Shown piece after piece: positions 60,598 to 64,000 of a DNA stretch of 64,000 nt. Position numbers and translations under genes: made by a program. The notes under the pieces were generated by a model, which was given only the letters and a program-made list of their open reading frames with translations, did no database searches and was not told the origin of the DNA. Source of the DNA: Nitrosopumilus sp. (GTDB lineage Archaea; Thermoproteota; Nitrososphaeria; Nitrososphaerales; Nitrosopumilaceae); contig OZ252243.1 of the NCBI GenBank assembly GCA_965249555.1, positions 1,248,001 through 1,312,000 of the forward strand. Direction: 5' to 3'. Within the stretch, counting starts at the first letter, position 1; every line of letters starts with the position of its first letter.

Positions 60598-62865
60598 GTG
60601 GAAATCAATACTACTCCAGAACTTGTTTCACGTGTTTATCAGAAATCAAAAGAAAATATTGAAAAATATAAAAATATAGTTGGAAAGCCACTTACACTTA
60701 CTGAGAAAATTTTATCTGGTCATCTTCATGAAATTAATAACAAAAATTTTGTTGGTGGAAAAGATTATGTTTTTCTAAATCCTGATAGAGTCGCATTACA
60801 GGATGTTACAGGACAAATGGTAATGCTTCAGTTTATGCAAGCTGGACTTAAACAAACATCTTTACCAACAACTGTGCATTGTGATCATCTCATTAGAGCT
60901 GAAGTTCAAGGTGATGTTGACATGAAAGTTTCTCTTGATGAGAATAGTGAAGTTTTCAAATTTTTACAATCTGCTTGTGCAAAATTTGGATGTGGTTTCT
61001 GGAAACCTGGTGCTGGAATTATTCACCAAGTGGTTTTTGAAAATTATGCATTTCCTGGTGGTTTGATGATTGGTACAGATTCTCATACTCCAAACGCTGG
61101 TGGTCTCGGAATGATTGCTATTGGAGTTGGTGGATTGGATGCAGCTGAAACCATGGCAGATATGCCTTGGGAATTACTCTACCCTAAACGAATTGGTGTT
61201 AAACTAACTGGGGAATTAAATGGATGGACAGCCCCTAAAGATATCATACTCAAAGTTGCTAAGGAATTAACAGTTTCCGGAGGCACTAATTCAATAATTG
61301 AATACTTTGGACCTGGAACAAAATCTATCAGTTCAACTGGTAAAGCTACAATTACTAATATGGGGGCTGAAATTGGTGCAACCTGTTCAATTTTTCCATA
61401 TGACGAAAGAATGGAAACTTATCTGAAATATACAAACAGAGGGGATATAGCTGAATTAGCAAATCAACATAAAGAATTACTTGTTGCAGATCCTGAAGTT
61501 GAAGCAAATCCAGAAAACTTTTTTGATAAAATAATTGAAATTAATCTTTCAACATTGGAACCTCATATTGTTGGGCCTCATACTCCTGATTTAGCAAGAA
61601 CAATTTCTAATCTGGCTGATGATGTAAAATCAAATGATTATGTTGATCAAATTTCTGTTGCATTAGTTGGTAGCTGTACTAATTCATCTTATGAGGATAT
61701 GTCACGAGCAGCAAGCTTAGCTGAACAGGCAAAAGCAAAAGGAATCAAAGCTAAAATCCCATTGCTAGTCACTCCTGGCTCTGAACAGATTCGAGGAACC
61801 ATAGAAAGAGATGGACAAATGAATTCACTTAAAGAAATTGGAGCAACTGTTTTAGCAAATGCTTGTGGTCCTTGCATTGGACAATGGAATAGACCTGAAT
61901 TAGAAAAAGATCAAAAAAATACTATTGTTACAACATATAACAGAAATTTTCCTGGTAGAAATGATGGTCGTAGAAGTACTTTAAACTTCATTGGCAGTCC
62001 TGAAATGATTATTGCCTTATCTTTAGGAGGAAAACTTTCTTTTAATCCACTAAAAGATGAATTAACTGCAGCTGATGGAACAAAATTCAAACTTGAACCA
62101 CCAAAACTAGCACCTGAAGTTCCTGAAGAAGGTTTTATGATACCTGAGGGAATTTTTGTTGCACCTCCTGAAACTGCTGACGATGTTGAAGTCATAATTG
62201 ATCCTAATAGTAAAAGACTACAACGCTTAGAACCTTTTCTAAAATGGAATGGAAAAGATTTTGAAGAACTCCCAATAATGGTAAAAGCCAAGGGCAAATG
62301 TACTACAGACCATATCTCACCTGCTGGTGCATGGTTGTCACTTCGAGGACATTTGGATAACCTAAGCGATAATATGCTCATGGGTGCAGTTAATGCATTT
62401 AATGATAAAGTAGGTCAAGGCAAGAATATTCTAAACAATCAACTTGAATCATTCTCAAAAATTGCAAGACAGTATAAAGAAAAACAAATGAGCTGGGTGA
62501 TTATTGGTGATAATAATTATGGCGAAGGTAGCAGTAGAGAACATGCTGCAATGTCTCCACGATATTTGGGATGTGTTGCAGTAATCACAAAAAGTTTAGC
62601 TCGAATACATGAAACAAATTTGAAAAAACAAGGAATTTTGGCACTGACATTTAACAATCTAGATGATTATGAAAAAATTCTTGAAGATGATAAAATTAGT
62701 TTAGTTGATTTGAATGATTTAGAACCCGGCAAACAAGTCAAATGTATTATTTCACATAATAATGGAAGTAAAGAAGAAATTTTGTTAAACCATTCATACA
62801 ACAAATCTCAAATTGAATGGTTCAAAGCTGGTTCTGCACTAAATGTTTTGAAAAATAATCGATAG
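60598..62865 (+). CDS. acn: Aconitate hydratase
   Basis: HCDH, GTDSHT, GSCTNSS, ACGPCIG, NRNF, TTDHISPAG, YGEGSSREHA. Confidence 0.96.
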   Translation: MEINTTPELVSRVYQKSKENIEKYKNIVGKPLTLTEKILSGHLHEINNKNFVGGKDYVFLNPDRVALQDVTGQMVMLQFMQAGLKQTSLPTTVHCDHLIRAEVQGDVDMKVSLDENSEVFKFLQSACAKFGCGFWKPGAGIIHQVVFENYAFPGGLMIGTDSHTPNAGGLGMIAIGVGGLDAAETMADMPWELLYPKRIGVKLTGELNGWTAPKDIILKVAKELTVSGGTNSIIEYFGPGTKSISSTGKATITNMGAEIGATCSIFPYDERMETYLKYTNRGDIAELANQHKELLVADPEVEANPENFFDKIIEINLSTLEPHIVGPHTPDLARTISNLADDVKSNDYVDQISVALVGSCTNSSYEDMSRAASLAEQAKAKGIKAKIPLLVTPGSEQIRGTIERDGQMNSLKEIGATVLANACGPCIGQWNRPELEKDQKNTIVTTYNRNFPGRNDGRRSTLNFIGSPEMIIALSLGGKLSFNPLKDELTAADGTKFKLEPPKLAPEVPEEGFMIPEGIFVAPPETADDVEVIIDPNSKRLQRLEPFLKWNGKDFEELPIMVKAKGKCTTDHISPAGAWLSLRGHLDNLSDNMLMGAVNAFNDKVGQGKNILNNQLESFSKIARQYKEKQMSWVIIGDNNYGEGSSREHAAMSPRYLGCVAVITKSLARIHETNLKKQGILALTFNNLDDYEKILEDDKISLVDLNDLEPGKQVKCIISHNNGSKEEILLNHSYNKSQIEWFKAGSALNVLKNNR

Positions 62866-62876
62866 AATTTTTAACG

Positions 62877-63029
62877 TGGGGCCGACCGGAATTGAACCGG
62901 CGACCTACGGGTCACTACAGCTCCAAACTTACATCATCCGTGAGTCAGTTTAGCTTAGTTTACCTCTGGAGCCCTTAGCGGTGATCTATTCGTAGACACT
63001 GTCGCCCTACCAGGCTAGGCTACGACCCC
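62877..63029 (-). tRNA. tRNA-Trp(CCA) with two introns (62975-63000 in the anticodon stem; 62913-62965 at 37/38)
   Basis: Removing the 26-nt and 53-nt inserts yields a 74-nt cloverleaf with ACGGG-CTCCAGA-CCCGT. Confidence 0.9.
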
Positions 63030-63119
63030 ACGAACAAGAATGAAATAGACTTGAATTTTAAGTTATTTTTAACCAAGATTTATTTGTAATTAACATGAAT
63101 TTGTAACTGTTCATCAATC

Positions 63120-63653
63120 ATGGTAAAACCAATTCATTATGCATTAGGTGCTATTCCAATAATTGTAGCACTCTTAATTTCAGTTCCATTACTTACAAAA
63201 AATGAGATTCCAACTTCTGCAGCCAATTCTTTTGATTTCATTGAAATTGAATATACAAAACATCAACTAAGGAAAATTTCGTATGGTGTTACAGAAAGAG
63301 TCGGTGCTCAAAAAACTGAAATTCTGTATATTAAAAACGATGGTACGATCAAATACTCTGTAACTGAACAAGGATATCTACAACCTGATATTCGGTCAAA
63401 ATTAGATGAAAAAAAACTTGGTAAAATTAAAGCATTGATAAAAGAAACTGGTTTCATAGCAATTCCATCAGAATCATTCTCAATTCTAGAAAACATAACT
63501 GACTATCAGAAATCAAATGTTAAAGTGACTCTTAATGGTAGAGTCAATCAAATTTATTGGCCTGAACAAAACGCCACGTCACAATTCATTCCTCCAATAA
63601 TTACTATGGTTGAATATGAATTAGATCAGATTATATCTAAAATTATTGAATAG
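63120..63653 (+). CDS. Hypothetical membrane-anchored protein
   Basis: N-terminal TM helix. Confidence 0.7.
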   Translation: MVKPIHYALGAIPIIVALLISVPLLTKNEIPTSAANSFDFIEIEYTKHQLRKISYGVTERVGAQKTEILYIKNDGTIKYSVTEQGYLQPDIRSKLDEKKLGKIKALIKETGFIAIPSESFSILENITDYQKSNVKVTLNGRVNQIYWPEQNATSQFIPPIITMVEYELDQIISKIIE

Positions 63654-63683
63654 ATACAAATAACCTCTAGTAAAAATTAGAAC

Positions 63684-64000
63684 ATGCTCCCATTATCTGG
63701 TGACCGACATGATGCTAAAGGTATAGTTTCAGAAAAAATAAATTCTATTGATATTTTACGCGGCTCATCTACTCTTAAACGAGGTTTTGCTCATATGTTA
63801 AAGAATGGTGTTGTAATGGATGTTACAACAGTGGAGCAAGCTCAAATTGCTGAAGAAGCTGGAGCAGTTTCTGTAATGGTTTTAGATAAACTCCCATCTG
63901 ATGTTAGAAAAGCAGGAGGAGTTGCACGAACTGCAAGCATTAGAATTATTGAAGACATTATGGACTCGGTAACAATTCCAGTAATGGCAAAATGCAGAAT
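63684..64000 (+). CDS. pdxS: Pyridoxal 5'-phosphate synthase lyase subunit (partial)
   Basis: [28 protein letters not shown]...[10 protein letters not shown]. Confidence 0.95.
   Translation, partial: MLPLSGDRHDAKGIVSEKINSIDILRGSSTLKRGFAHMLKNGVVMDVTTVEQAQIAEEAGAVSVMVLDKLPSDVRKAGGVARTASIRIIEDIMDSVTIPVMAKCR

Overview
AT-rich archaeal chromosome segment from an ammonia-oxidising thaumarchaeon (Nitrosopumilus-like; inferred from amoB/amoC/amoX/amoA, TBP, KEOPS and archaeosine TGT). The core backbone includes tRNA-modification genes (tgtA, kae1, bud32, pcc1, tyw1, dus), rps3ae, rps15, serS, trpS, pheST, coaD, aconitase and a partial pdxS. There are six tRNAs; Leu-TAA and Trp-CCA each appear to carry two introns. 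Three tandem secreted thrombospondin type-3 repeat proteins are present, and the second and third show a 615-nt higher-order repeat. Four IS families occur: an IS630 nested in the start of a decayed IS110; a 2.43-kb IS6-type element with TIRs, an 8-bp TSD and two passenger genes; and an intact IS66 that splits a thioredoxin/AhpC-TSA gene. The most interesting non-annotated signals are: (i) a three-hairpin, internally duplicated non-coding RNA at the IS110 right end resembling an archaeal bridge/seek RNA; (ii) the cargo-carrying IS6; (iii) a two-domain structured ncRNA candidate after pheT; (iv) a box C/D guide matching the 23S P-loop; (v) recurring GATC sites upstream of amo-cluster promoters next to an orphan Dam methylase. 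All calls were made by eye; no searches were run.
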